The notes under the pieces: model-generated
The model's database searches: none
What the model was told of the DNA's origin: nothing
What the model saw: the letters and a program-made list of their open reading frames with translations, nothing else
Shown: positions 12,800 to 24,900 of the stretch, piece after piece
Numbering within the stretch: the stretch's first letter is position 1
Layout: every line of letters begins with the position of its first letter
Program-made: the position numbers and the translations under genes
Virus record (IMG/VR): IMGVR_UViG_3300045988_123958
Source: a virus
Length of the DNA: 64,000 nt
Direction: 5' to 3' (one strand)

Positions 12800-13524
12800 T
12801 GGATATTAGACTTGGGTTAATGACAGGTATTGATTTGCCAATACCTGAATTAGAAGTCACTATTCATTAGCCATCTATAAAAGAAATTTCTTTTATAGGT
12901 GAAAAAGATCTTTTCTTGGGGATTTAGTGTTTATGTATTGATAAAAACATAATAGAGAATTCGGGCGAAAGTCTTTTAAGAGAAACAAATAATTTTTAGA
13001 TATTTATGACAATGATGAAAGAAAAAGAGATGGCCGATAAAAAACAAGCATCTATGTAGGTTCTTACATTATTGTTTCCAAAGCAAAATGTTTTATTTAC
13101 CCCGAGGTCAATTGTTTTACAAGGTGATCCACAAATAATGATTGACGAAAGCAATTTTAATATATTATAGGAATATATTAAAGAAATATTTTGTTTTAAA
13201 TCTAATGCTTCGCAAGAAATGGGATTTAATCCTGGAAATGCGGCCGCGAAAAAGATAGCCGATAAATTAATGCGAGGTAGACAACGTGTCGCTGAATTGA
13301 ACGGCACGGCTAATGCTAGTATATTTAGTTAGTATCTTTCAATGCTTACTATAGGTCTTGATTCAATGTCTTTACAGGATTTAATGGATTTAACAATGTT
13401 CCAACTCTATGACCTTGTTGAAAGATATCAACTTTATATTAATTGGGATATTGATATCCGGTCTAGATTAGCAGGTGCGAAGCCTGATAATAAGCCGGAT
13501 AACTGGATGAAAAATATCCATTAA
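12799..13524 (+). CDS. hypothetical protein (tail assembly?)
   Basis: ATG overlapping the preceding stop, in the same frame as track ORF 13342..13524. About 241 codons with 6 TAG. Confidence 0.45.
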
Positions 13525-13548
13525 ATTTTTTAAGGAGGAAAAAAACCT

Positions 13549-14532
13549 ATGAAATTTGGTGTACGCGAAATTTGCGATGTCGTTTTAAAGGCAAAGGCTA
13601 ATCAAAAGATTGGTAATAAGCAATTTTATAAGAATGAGCCAGTTATTTATTTCGACACTTTAAAGACTTCCAGTATGGAAGGCGCTGCTACCACTGTATA
13701 CGCACAAGGTGGACGTGGTAATACTAATTTAGTCGCATGGGAAGGCGAGCGTACTGTTACCTTCACAATGGAAGATGCTCTTATTTCTCCTGAAGGTTTC
13801 ATGATTCTTTCCGGTGCTGGTCTTGTTGAGGCTTCTGCTAACAATAAGATTAAGCAACATATTACTCAAACTGTTGATAAGACTAAAGACATTGTCCCTG
13901 CTAATACTGGAAAAGACATTAAGACTGATGGACTAATCGTTCCTGTTTCTTATGCCCCTTATCTTGATAATGAGCATAAAGATGACGATTATGTTTATGT
14001 TTTCTTTATGAAAGATGGCGAAATTATTTCTGAGCCTTATTTGGCACATGAAGGAGTTACTACGGGAGATACTGGTTTTAGTGTTACCGTAAAAGGATTT
14101 GATCGTGCTACTGGAGTGGCTTATACCACTAACGATTTAGAAAATGATTATGCTAAATGCGACTCTGTAATGGTTGATTATTACACTGAGCGTGAATCTG
14201 GTGCTAAGCAGATTGAAATTACTGCTGATAAGTTCGGTGGTAACTACTATCTTGAAGCTTCTACTTTATTCCGTAATCAAGATGGTGTAGATATGCCTGC
14301 TGAATTTATTATTCCTAACTGCAAGATTCAATCCAACTTTAACTTTACAATGGCTTCTTCTGGTGATCCTTCTACTTTCACCTTTACTATGGATGCATTC
14401 CCTGATTATACTCGTTTCGATCATAGTAAGAAAGTTTTGGCTGCTATTCAGATTATTGAAGAAGACGAAACTGTTGACAACGATATTCGTAGAAAGACCG
14501 CTGCTAATAGCACCATTGTTGTTGGAGGCTAA
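13549..14532 (+). CDS. major tail (tube) protein candidate
   Basis: Intact 327-aa ORF with no TAG and high-expression codon usage. It lies upstream of the chaperone genes and the tape measure gene. No sheath-sized gene is present, which suggests a long non-contractile tail. Confidence 0.5.
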   Translation: MKFGVREICDVVLKAKANQKIGNKQFYKNEPVIYFDTLKTSSMEGAATTVYAQGGRGNTNLVAWEGERTVTFTMEDALISPEGFMILSGAGLVEASANNKIKQHITQTVDKTKDIVPANTGKDIKTDGLIVPVSYAPYLDNEHKDDDYVYVFFMKDGEIISEPYLAHEGVTTGDTGFSVTVKGFDRATGVAYTTNDLENDYAKCDSVMVDYYTERESGAKQIEITADKFGGNYYLEASTLFRNQDGVDMPAEFIIPNCKIQSNFNFTMASSGDPSTFTFTMDAFPDYTRFDHSKKVLAAIQIIEEDETVDNDIRRKTAANSTIVVGG

Positions 14533-14537
14533 TTAAT

Positions 14538-14720
14538 ATGGTTGTAAAAGGTCCAGTAAAATATACTCCACCAAAACAGCCTAAAAAAGAATCTACTAAA
14601 AAGCAGCCAAAAGTAGAAAAGGCTGTAAAGAAAGAGCTTGTCGAACCTATTGAGGAAGTAATTCTTCAAGAGGAAGATGAGGTAAGTAAGATTTTATCTG
14701 AATTAGATAAAAAAGATTAA
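14538..14720 (+). CDS. small Lys/Glu-rich protein
   Basis: Intact 60-aa track ORF. Confidence 0.4.
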   Translation: MVVKGPVKYTPPKQPKKESTKKQPKVEKAVKKELVEPIEEVILQEEDEVSKILSELDKKD

Positions 14721-14725
14721 TTAAT

Positions 14726-14758
14726 GGGAGAGAATAGAAATATTCTCTCCCATTTTTT
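14726..14758 (+). terminator. rho-independent terminator
   Basis: GGGAGAGAATA gaaa TATTCTCTCCC hairpin followed by TTTTTT. Confidence 0.75.
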
Positions 14759-14781
14759 CGTTATGTGAAAAAGGAGAAAAT

Positions 14782-15855
14782 ATGATTATTAAATCAGATG
14801 GAAATATTAAAGGTTCTTCTATTATTAATGAAACTGAAAAATAGATTATTTAGAATATGACTATAGCAACTTAGTAGGATTGGGGACCTTTATTGCAAAA
14901 ATGGTTGATAGATATTTATAAATGGTTAAATAAAGCAAGAGCTTATGTAGCATCTCAAAATTCTGTTATAGAGAAATTGTCTTCTTCTTTAGTTATAACT
15001 AATAAGACTGGAAAACAAGAAATTAATTTAGTCGAAATTAATAGCATGAAAAAAATGAGAATTAATAAAAAAAATATTAACAATAAAGAAATTTTATGGG
15101 AAGGATACAGATTATTAAATGAAATAGGTGAAACTTTACGCGGAGAAGAAATAATGTATTCTATTACTTTTACTAAAACTGGTGAAGCTATAAGTGATTC
15201 TAATGAAGTATATACTTGGACTGTCCCAATGAGTGAGTTTTTTAATTTAGTTAGATTTAGTGAAACTCGTATAACTTTAAGAGACTCAAGTGCTATATAT
15301 AAAATGATGTAGAAACAAATTTAGAATGATGAAAAAGATACTATGATTGAAAAATGGACTGAATAGAAAATTTAGGATTATGCTTTATTTAATGATGAAG
15401 TTAGGAACAATCCAAATTGGGAAAAATGGCATAAAATTAATGAAGGTAATATGCTTGAAAGTTATCTAAGACTTTTAAGAAATGGCGGAACTGTATAGGA
15501 TAGAGATAACGTAAAAAAAGATTCGGAATATTGGCGTAAATTAGGAACAGCGGTTTCTTCTACTATGAAAGCTCCTGACGCTTTCTTTAAAGGTGGAGAT
15601 ATTGACAATGAACAAATTAAAGGACTACATGCTTCAGTTACTAATATTAATACTTTAATGTTAAATTTATAGAAAGTTTTTGCCATTTTAAAAAATGCTA
15701 AAATTAATGAAGAAGTTTTAAATAAATATTATAAAAAAAGTGGATTAAATTTAGAATAGTAGCAAAAAGAAGTAGAACAAGAAGTTATAAATAAATTAAC
15801 TGATTTCTTCACAAGTAAAATTGATAGAAATATAAATACTATAATTGAATTTTGA
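14782..15855 (+). CDS. hypothetical protein (tail assembly region)
   Basis: ATG after AGGAGA. The frame includes track ORF 14893..15312 and continues through about 9 TAG to a TGA near 15853. About 357 codons. Confidence 0.45.
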
Positions 15856-15880
15856 CTAAATAAAAAATTTTTTGTATAAT
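15852..15880 (+). promoter_or_regulatory. sigma70-like promoter
   Basis: TTGACT, a 17-nt spacer, then TATAAT, located upstream of the 15908 gene. Confidence 0.5.
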
Positions 15881-15907
15881 ATAATAAAGAGTAAAAGGAG
15901 GCTAATT

Positions 15908-16441
15908 ATGGCTAAAATTTCATATAATAAATTAGGAATTACTAAGGATGAACTTAATAAAGTTCAAACTGTTGAATATAATGATTAGACTATTGAGGTA
16001 AAGCAATATCTTCCTATCGCGGAAAAGAGTGAATTGATTACCCGTGTATTGAATAATTCAGTAGATGAAAATACTGGATACTATAATCTTTTAAAGTTAG
16101 ATATGAATCTTGGTTTAGAGATTGTTTATGCTTATAGTAATATTTCATTTACTGAAAAGCAAAAGGAAGACCCAATGAAACTTTATGATATGCTTAATGC
16201 TTCTAAAGTGCTTAATCTTATTATTGGCCTTGTGCCAGATGGAGAATTTTATTATTTAAATAAAACGACTCACGAGATGGCTAATAATATTGTGACATAT
16301 CGCAATTCCGCGATGGGTATTATGGAAGCAATTTCCGCGGATTATAGTAATTTAGATTTGGACGCAACAGATATTCAAAAGAAATTAAATGATCCAGATA
16401 ATATGGCTTTATTGAAAGATGTGCTTATTAAATTGGGCTAA
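15908..16441 (+). CDS. tail assembly chaperone-like protein
   Basis: ATG in the same frame as track ORF 16034..16441, with 1 TAG. 177 codons, immediately upstream of the tape measure gene. Confidence 0.45.
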
Positions 16442-16496
16442 TTAAATTAGTTAATAATATTATTTTTTGAAAAATAATAGAGTGATGGGGATAAGA

Positions 16497-16530
16497 GTGT
16501 AATTGCTCTTATCCCCGTTTTATTTTTATT
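16497..16530 (+). terminator. rho-independent terminator
   Basis: GGGGATAAGAG...CTCTTATCCCC hairpin followed by a T-run. Confidence 0.65.
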
Positions 16531-16565
16531 TTGCAAAGTAAAAATTGGAGAGAAAGGAGATTTCT

Positions 16566-19500
16566 ATGGCTAAACAATTAAATAGTTATTAGGTTAATTT
16601 ACAATTTACCGCTGATTCTAAATAGGCTCAACAGCAATTATAGGATTTACAAAATTAGCTAAATAATCTAATGGCAAATTCTATAAAAACTGATGCTAGT
16701 TTAGGAATTTCTAAAGATATATAGAGTGCGATTCAACTAACCGCACAATTAAAAACTTAGTTATAGCAAGCAACTAATGTTGACACGGGTAAATTAGACC
16801 TTAGTAAATTTAATTAGGCTTTAAAATAGGGTGGAGTTTCCCTTAAAGAATACCAAAAGAATCTAAGCTTATTAGGACCAGAAGGCGAAAAAGCATTTGC
16901 TAATTTAGCGACTTCTATTTCGCAAGCAGAATTACCTTTAAAAAGAACTAATTCTTTACTGAAAGAGTTTGGGATTACTTTAGCAAATACTGCTCGTTGG
17001 CAAATTTCTTCTAGTATCTTACACGGATTTATGGGATCTTTATAGACTGCTTATGGGTACGCTCAAGATTTAAATGAATCTTTAAATAATATTCGTATTG
17101 TTACTGGATAGACTACCGATTAGATGGCTAAATTTGCTAAATAGGCGAATATCGCGGCCAAAGCTTTAAGCACAACTACTACTGAATATACTGACGCTGC
17201 TTTAATTTATTATCAATAGGGCTTAGATGATTAGGCAGTAAAAGAGCGTACTGATGTTACTATTAAAATGGCTAATGTGGCTCGTGAAAGTGCTGAAATT
17301 GTTTCCGATCAAATGACCGCAGTTTGGAATAACTTTTATAATGGAAGTTAGTCTATCGAGCATTATGCTGATGCGATGGTACGTTTAGGTGCTGATACTG
17401 CATCTAGCACTGATGAAATTGCTGGCGGTCTTGAGAAGTTCGCGGCTGTAGCTGACACAATCGGGTTAAGCTTTGACAACGCGGCGGCCGTTTTAGCAAC
17501 TATTACTGCTACTACACGTTAGAGCGAAGATGTTGTAGGTACTGCTTTAAAAACTATTTTTGCTCGTATTCAAGGTTTAAAACTTGGCGAAACTCTTGAA
17601 GATGGTACTACATTAAATCAATATTCATAGGCTCTTGAAAAAGTTGGAATTAATATCAAAGATTCCAATGGTGAATTGAAAGATATGGATAATATCATTG
17701 AAGAAATGGGTAATAAATGGAATACTATTGATAAAGATTAGCAAGTAGCTTTAGCTCAATAGGTAGCTGGTGTTCGTTAGTATACTCAATTAATTGCTTT
17801 AATGGATAATTTTGATTTTTATAAAGAAAATCTTGCTAGAGCATAGAATGCTGATGGCTCTCTTCAAGAACAAGCAGATATTTATGCTGAATCTTGGGAG
17901 GCCGCCGGAGATAGAGTAAAGGCTTCAGCTTAGAAAATATATGCTGCTCTACTGGATGATAATTTCTTTATTGATTTAACCAATGGATTTAGTTCTGTTT
18001 TAGATTTAATAGGTAATGTATCATAGAGTTTAGGTGGAATGCCTGGTATGTTGCTTTTAATTGGTTCTACAATGTCAAAAGTTTTTTCAAAAGAATTAAC
18101 TACATCTTTTGATAATTGGTTTTATAATTTAGGATTAAAGTTTGGAACTATCAAAAATGATATTGAAGAATTAAAAAAATAGGCTAATGAAAGTCTTATT
18201 TTATCTGGAAATAAAAATACTACTTCTGGAAAAGCAATGAATATGGCTTATTCAGAATAGTCTACCGCTCAATTAATGCTTATTGCTAATGCCGATAAAT
18301 TAAGTGAAAAAGAAAAGTAGATTGCTTCAAGTTTATTAGATTAGCATAATTTATTAGTATAGAGTGTTATTAAACGTGGTGAAGAAGTAGAATTGGCTGA
18401 GAAAGAAGTGAGTACATTAAATAAACGTTCTTCAGTTATGGCTAAAGTAATGGCTAGTAGAACCTACTAGAATGGTACTCCACAAGGTACTGAAGATGCT
18501 GAAAACGTTGCTAATCGTTTTGAAAAAGCTAAAAAGCAAATTTAGGCTTATTCAGAATTAGTTTATAAATTATCTTCTGTTCCTATCGTTAGTGAAGAGT
18601 AGTTTAAAACTGAGGGGCTTGAAAAAGTTAAAAAGATATTAGATGAAGTTTATATAAAAGAAGAAAATTTAAATAAATAGGATTTAGGATTTGGTGCTGA
18701 TAATAAAAATATTAAAGCATTAATTAAAAGTTTAAATAATGGTACTCTAACTGCGAAAAATTTTGAAATTGCTTTGGCTGGATTAGATGATACTAATTCT
18801 ATTAAAAGATTAACTAAGACATTAGAGCTTTGTGGATATGAAACAAAAGATGCTATGAAATTAGCCATGTAGTTAGTTGATACTTATAATAAAGTTGGAG
18901 ATTCCTCGGCTAATTTGACTGAAGATGAATAGAGACTCGCTAATGCCACAAAATCTTTAGGGGATTGGTTTGCAACTGTTAAAGGAGAAACTCAAACTCT
19001 TGGTTCAGCATTCTCCGCTTCTATTAACGGAATAACTAATTTTGGTATGGCATTAACTTCTATTAAAGGATTAATAGATACTTTAAATGACACAGATATG
19101 TCTTTTGGAGATAAATTATTAGCCACTTTTACTTAGTTAGGATTAATTTTACCAAATTTAGTTTATAGTTTTTAGACGGTAAGTAGTGTTCTTGGTCCAT
19201 CTGGGTTTATAGGAAGTATTTTTGCTTCTAAAGCTGCAATGGAAAAATTAAATTAGACTTATGGCGAAAATGTAATTGCAACGGCTACTGATATTATAAT
19301 GAAAAATAAGGACACTTTAGCGACTGATGAAAATACTAGAGTAAAAGTTCTTAATGAATTAGCTCAAAAAGGTATCACTGATACAGAAGAAGCTGCTATA
19401 GTTATTTAGACAATTCTTACAGCTAAAAAAAGAGAAGAAACTCTTGCTATAGAAAAGAATACTCTTGCTGAAATAAAAAATAGAGCAGTTAAATTACTCA

Positions 19501-22500
19501 CTAATAAAACTTTTCTTGCTACTGTTGCTATTAGTGCTGTAGTTATCGGTACTTTATATGCGGTTTCTAAAGCGGCAAATGCTGAAGCAGAAAGTCTTCA
19601 AAAAGCTACTGAAGCTGCTGAAAATTTAAAAGAAAAATCTCAATAGACGAAAACTGAATTAAATAATATTATTTCGGCTTTCGATCAATATTAGACTGCG
19701 ATAGATACATTAAATGAATGTACTAAAGGAACTGATGAGTGGAAAGAAGCTTTATCAGATGTAAATGAATAGATTTGGAGTATTCTTGAAACTTATCCTG
19801 ACTTAGCTAAAATAGATAATCTTTTTAATGAAGATGGCACATTTAATCAAGAAGCTATTGACTCTTTTATAGCAGATAAACGTGATAAATCTAATAACGC
19901 TTAGGCAGCTGCTTTGGCCAGTTAGGCCGCAGTTAGTTAGATGGAATATTAGTCCAATAGAAAAGAAGCGGTTAATTAGGTTTATTCTGTGGTATCTAAA
20001 TATAGCACTAATGGCGAATCCAATGCGGAAAATAAAAAAATAGCAGGAGAATTAGTTGATTCTATCGTAAATGCTATAAATTCTCCTGATGGTATTCAAA
20101 ATATTGATGGAATTTTTGAAGACTATGCTAAGCAATTTGATAATATAAGTCTTGGCACTTCTTTAGATGATTTTACTAACGCTTTAAAGGGATGCTCTGA
20201 TAATTTAAAAGAATTAGGTAGAAATGCTAAAGAAACAGGAAATTAGGTTGATAATACTGGTAAATTATTATCTAAACAAGTTCTTGGCGATAATATAACA
20301 GATGAATAGGCAAATGATTTTACTAATACTTTTGATTCTGCTTATGCCAAACAAAAGAGAATTACTTTAAATGGTTTAAAAAATGATTTTACTAGATGGG
20401 CTGGAAGAAATAATAGTAATGTAAAAGATTATTGGGAACAATATAAAGAAGCTACAGGTTATGATTATAATTTAACAAGTAACGCAGTTCAAGGTAGTGG
20501 AGATAATCGCGTTTTTGAGTATTATAATGATGATGGTAACAAAGTAACCATTTCTGTTGAAGAAATGGCTGAAGCAATTGCTAGTGCTTAGGCTAAAAAT
20601 GATGCCGAAAAATCTACTAGAGAAGATTTAAATAATACTTTAGGTGAAGATATTTCTTCTAATATTAGTTCTGATGTAGATATTTCTCTTTTAAATGATT
20701 TGGTTCAAACTATGAATTTAGAAGATGAAACTACAAGACAAGCTCTTGAAGCGATGTTCGATGTAAATCAAACTGTAAGTGAGCAAGAAGATATTATAAA
20801 AGATTTAGTTAATACTTTAAGTGAAGAAGAAAAAGCTCAATAGGAAGTTGCTTCTTTAACTGAAAATGCTGTTTAGAAATATGGGTTAGATGCTGATGAC
20901 ATTGAAGATTAGGCTAAACGAATTCAGAAAGCCTATGATTTAACTGAAGTTGAAGCAACTAAACTTGCTATTACTAATTAGCGAATGAATAATGGCGTTA
21001 AAAACTTAAGCGACAATTGGGAAAATTGGAATTCTGTTTTAAAGAAAAGTCAAATCGATGATAAAGAAAAATTAACTAAAGAATATACTGATACAATCCA
21101 AGATTTAACTAAAACTATTGCTGATTTAACCGGTGCTTCAGAAGATTTAGAATTACCTGATGAATTTTTTGATTCGGCCGATAATTTAGAATTAATTAAT
21201 TAGGCTGCTCAAGGTAGTACTGATGCTATTAATCAATTGGGTATTGCTGTAGCAAAAACCACAGTTGATTTAATGGAAATTAATGATGCGGAAAAAAATC
21301 TTACCATGACTTATGGGGATAACGAAGATGAAGGTATTTTACCTGAATATATTCGTAATTTCCAAGATAATAAAGAAATTATTTTAAATGGTTTAGATGA
21401 AATTTCAGCTAAACTTGCTGAAGGTCAAGATTTAACTGGTAAAGGATTAGAAGAGATTCTTTCTGGTGGAACTGAAGCTGCAAATAATTGGGTTAATGCA
21501 TTAAATGAAATGGCTATGGCTACTAACATGTCTGTTGAAGACATGAATAGCACTCTTAGTCAAATGGGATTAACTGCTGATGTTGATGTAACTGAAAAAA
21601 CTATTACAAGTAAAAAACCAGTTACTAAAACCACTCTTACTTATGGAGAGCTAGACAAAGTTACAGGATTTCCAAAAGAAATAACTCAGCAATCTAGCAT
21701 AGTTGATTATACTGATGTACCTGAAAAAATATAGGTAGCTCAAATTGCTACTAATGGAGCAAAAAATACTCCTCCTAAAGTTAATTTTGCTGGTTCTGGT
21801 CCCGTATCTCATTCTTCTACTTCGTCAGGGAAAAAATCAAGTGGTGGTTCTTCTTCTTCTAAGCCTTCTAAAATTGATAAATCTAAAAAATCTGATGTTG
21901 TTGATAGATATAAAGAAATAACTGATAGTATCAACGATACTACTCGTGCTTTAGATAAAGCTAATAAATCAGCGGATAGGCTTTGGGGTAAAGCTCATCT
22001 TGATGCGATGGCTAAAAGCAATAAGTTAACTTTAAAAGAAGTTGATTTATTAAAACAAAAGCAAAAAGAAGCTTAGGCCTATTTAAAGACAGATAAAGCT
22101 ACTTTATAGCAAGCTGCGAAAAAAGCTGGAATTACTTTCACATTTGATGCAGATGGTGATATTTCTAATTATACTGATTAGATGACTAAACTTTATAATT
22201 AGCTTGTAGCCGCTTAGGATAAAGCAAATTCTTTTTCTACAAAAGATGCTCAAGATGCTTATAAAGAAGCAACTTTAGATCCTATTCAAAAGAAAATCGA
22301 TGAGTTAAAAGACGCCATTAGTCAATATGAAGATACAAGAGATTTAGTCGAAGAATTAACTGATGATATTCAAGATAAAATAAACGAGTGGCAAGACAGA
22401 AATTATCAAATGCTTACTTATGAAGTTGAAGTAAAGGTTCAATTAGACGAAAATGATACTAAGAAATTAGAATATTATTTTGATAAATTAAGTGATAATA

Positions 22501-24785
22501 TTTATAAAGCTGCTGAAGCTCTTGGATATTTACAAGGTCAATTTGATCCAGTAATTAGCCAATTAGGAACTTATGAAAATTTCTATGGTTAGTTAAACAA
22601 TGCTTATTCTAATGGAGAAATTTCTCAAGAAAATTATATTGAAGGCTTACAAGATGTATATGATAATACATTAGATAATTTAAATGCTTTGTAGGATTTA
22701 GATAAAGAAATGCTTGAATATTATGGTAATACTATAGATTTAGCAAATGATGAATTATCTAAATATACAGATCATATGGAGCATTTAACTAGTGTATTGG
22801 ATCATTATCGTTCTATTATTACTTTGTTAGGTAAAGACAAAGATTATGATAAAGTTTTATCAGTTTTGAATGGAACTGCTTAGACTAAGAAAAATAATTT
22901 TGATACTTCTAAACAATGGTATGAAAGCTTGAAGCGTGAACGTGATGCAGCAGCCGCGGCCTTAGCCAATTCGACCGATGAGGCGGAACGTGAAGGACTT
23001 CAAAAGAATTATGATGCTATATTAGCTGCGTTCGATGAGGCGGAAGAAGATATGCTTTCTAAAGCTGAAGAATATGGTGAAGCATTAAAAGAAATTCTTA
23101 CTACAAAGATGGAACAAGCTGCGGATGAAATGAATAAGCAATTGAGCACTACTAAAGTAAGTATTAACGGTAATAACTTTAATATTTCTGGCTGGGATGC
23201 TTTAAATGACGCTTTGGATAGAATGTCTTCTTATCAAGATGAATATTTAACAAAAACTAATTAGATTTATGAAATGAATAAACTACTTAATAATGTTAAT
23301 TAGGCTATTAATAAGACAAATAATCAAGCAGCTAAAAATAGATATCAGCAATTTACTAAAGAAATTGAGTAGTTAAGAGATAAAGATAAATTAAGTCAAT
23401 TAGAATTAGAAATTGCTTAGGCTAAATATAAAGTGCTTGAAGCACAAATCGCGTTAGAGGAAGCTCAAAACGCAAAGTCTACAGTTAGACTGCAACGTGA
23501 TAATGAGGGTAATTTTGGTTATGTGTATACCGCAGACCAAGAGAAAGTAAATGACGCGCAATAGGCTTTGGCAGACGCGGAAAATGACTTATATAACATT
23601 CGTCTTGATGCGACAAATAAATATGGTCAACAAAAACTTCAATATGAAAAAGAGCTAGCTGAAAAGCTTGCGGAACTCGATTAGAAAGCCGCGGAAGATG
23701 CTGTTTATCGTGAGACCACATATCAGCAAGAACGCGCATTAGTAATTCAACAATATACTGATTTAATTACTACTGCTGGAAACCTTTATGCGAAAGCACA
23801 AGAAGAGGATAACCGAGTAGTTCAAGATGCTTGGGTAAATTCTTTTGATATTATCAAAGATAATAGTAATAGTTGGAAAGATACTATTACTGAAAACACT
23901 AATATTATCAATGATACATTTAAAGAATGGCAAGGCAGTATGGATGAAATTAGTAAAATTGTTGGTGATGATTTAAAAGATACTCAATAGAAAGTTAAAG
24001 ACGTTACTGATGAAAGTAATAAACTTTATCAAGAAGTATCTAATAGAGTTATTCCTGCTCTTGAAAGTGAGTTGAGTTCCGTCCGTAGCGCCACTGAAGC
24101 TTGGGCACAACATCGTCAGCAATTACTTGATACTATTAGAGCTTATGAAGAGCTTTTAGATGCTATCCAAGCGACATTACGTGCTTAGAGTGGATTTGGT
24201 AGTGGAAGTAGCTCTGGTAATGATAGTGATTGGTCTAAAGATATGGGTAATGTAACATATGGGTCTGATGATTATTATAAATATATGTAGAATCGCGAAG
24301 ATAAAATTAATGGTGGATATGATGTTGGAGCTGCTACTAATGCTCGTGTTGATGCTTTCTATCGTAAAGGATTAACACTTCCAATTACTCGTAATGGATA
24401 GACTTATCGTTATTTTACTGACATTCCTGATAGTGTTTGGAAACAATTGGTTGGATTTAGAAGTGGTGGCTATACCGGCACTTGGAATGATGATGGCAAG
24501 TTAGCATTCTTACATTAGAAAGAATTAGTTCTTAATGCTGATGACACGGAAAATATGTTAGCTTCTATTCAATTAGTTAGATAGATCGCGAAACAATTAG
24601 ATTTCAATAGTCAACAAATTTCTACTCTTTCATCTTCTGGATTTACTGTTAGTTCTCAAGATGGAACATTAGAATAGAATGTTAGAATTGAAGCTAGCTT
24701 CCCGAACGCAACTGATAGATATGAAATTCAAGAAGCATTTAATACATTAGTTAATGTAGCTTCTCAATATGCCAATAGAAAATAA
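16566..24785 (+). CDS. tail tape measure protein (2,739 codons)
   Basis: ATG at 16566 is in frame 0. Track ORFs 19989, 20985, 21237, 22410 and 22929 are all in frame 0 and are separated only by TAG. Hand reading found dozens of in-frame TAG and no TAA or TGA before 24783. Contains a TMP-like segment (TEYTDAALIYYQQGLDD). Confidence 0.75.
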
Positions 24786-24791
24786 AATTAA

Positions 24792-24828
24792 GGGTGAGGT
24801 CCGCGGACTTCACCCTTTTTTCTTTTTG
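24792..24828 (+). terminator. rho-independent terminator
   Basis: GGGTGAGGTCCGCGGACTTCACCC hairpin followed by a T-run. Confidence 0.7.
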
Positions 24829-24900
24829 GGTAATTATATTGAATAAAACTAATTAATTTTTTAGAAAATTATAGAGTAATGAGTAAAAGGAGGGATTATT

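Noticed and set aside
14782-16441. Programmed -1 frameshift (G/GT-type) in the chaperone genes upstream of the tape measure gene
   Set aside because: No slippery heptamer or overlapping extended frame could be identified by eye. The two genes appear to be separate, with a promoter between them.
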